Shown: positions 19,385 through 20,000 of the stretch, one piece after another | Position numbering within the stretch: the stretch's first letter is position 1 | Layout of the letters: each line of letters starts with the position of its first letter | Source: Atractiella rhizophila | Lineage: Eukaryota | DNA: 20,000 nt | Direction of reading: 5' to 3' | Assembly (NCBI GenBank): GCA_021432655.1 | Contig: MU271430.1 | Span: 46,623-66,622, forward strand | Translations under genes and position numbers: made by a program | The notes under the pieces: model-generated | Told to the model about the DNA's origin: nothing | The model's input: the letters and a program-made list of their open reading frames with translations, nothing else | Databases searched by the model: none

Positions 19385-20000
19385 ATGTCGTCCTCTTCCT
19401 CCTCCACCACTCCGTCACATCGACTGTCCAAACGAGCACTCCAAGGCTCCGGCCTCGCGGTAGTCATCGGAATCGTCGTCTTCATAATCGGCCTCGCTGT
19501 CGTCGTTGGTCTCGCTCTCTTCCTCCGTCGACGGCATGCTCGTAACAGCAAGGGGACTGCGAGAGGGAACCGTGCTGGATTCACCCGGATAAGTCACCAA
19601 GGGGAACGGAGTCAGACTGCGTCACAGATATCGTCGCGGCCAACGAGCATGGCTGGAGAAGGAAGCTATGATTCCGCAGCGGAGGAGGTACCATTAGTGC
19701 AAAGGCAGGAGGGAAATAGTGCTGGGAGTTTGAATGCGAGGTTGTCAGCGAATGGTGGAGATTTCAGCATGAATGCGTCGAGGACGAGTTTCAGTCAAGA
19801 GGGGTATGACGAGTTTGGAGCGCAGCAACCATATCAGCCTTACCGGATGGAACTTTGTCAGCCCTATTTTTCCCTTCCTTCCTTACTCCTACTTGGATAG
19901 CTGACGTCTCCATAGCGCCTAATGGAGAATGGACACGAGTGCCTGCGAACACTTCGAACGATATTCCCACGCCGAACGGCCTCCAGCGGAATCCCATTGG
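19385..20000 (+). CDS. Single-pass membrane protein (N-terminal TM helix, basic stop-transfer segment, disordered tail); continues beyond the window
   Basis: GLAVVIGIVVFIIGLAVVVGLALFL-RRRHAR. Intron 19857-19915 (GTCAGC, GCTGAC branch point, TAG) continues in frame as SPNGEWTRVPANTSNDIPTPNGLQRNPI. Confidence 0.75.

Overview
Eukaryotic, most likely basidiomycete fungal DNA, judged from the 45-63 nt GT-AG introns and a fungal-type kinesin-1 N-terminus. The left end holds the 5' part of a conventional kinesin gene (- strand), decayed exon-like sequence and a 375-aa hypothetical ORF. About 5.0-14.0 kb is a non-coding mosaic of at least seven repeat families: 63-bp, 67-bp, a 246-bp duplication, ~21-bp palindromic modules, a ~210-bp repeat, two copies of a TCGCGA-rich modular block, and a 161-bp satellite. 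The mosaic starts and ends with the same ~56-bp sequence, and the second copy runs directly into GGGTTAGGGTTAGG and a 25-N gap. After the gap is a spliced gene missed by the ORF track. I reconstructed five exons by hand, and the product has the motif order and alternating beta-hairpin segments of a gasdermin-like pore-forming protein (inference, needs structural confirmation). It is followed by a diverged second 161-bp array and two divergent single-pass membrane protein genes. Most ORFs in 4.7-13.3 kb are repeat artefacts.
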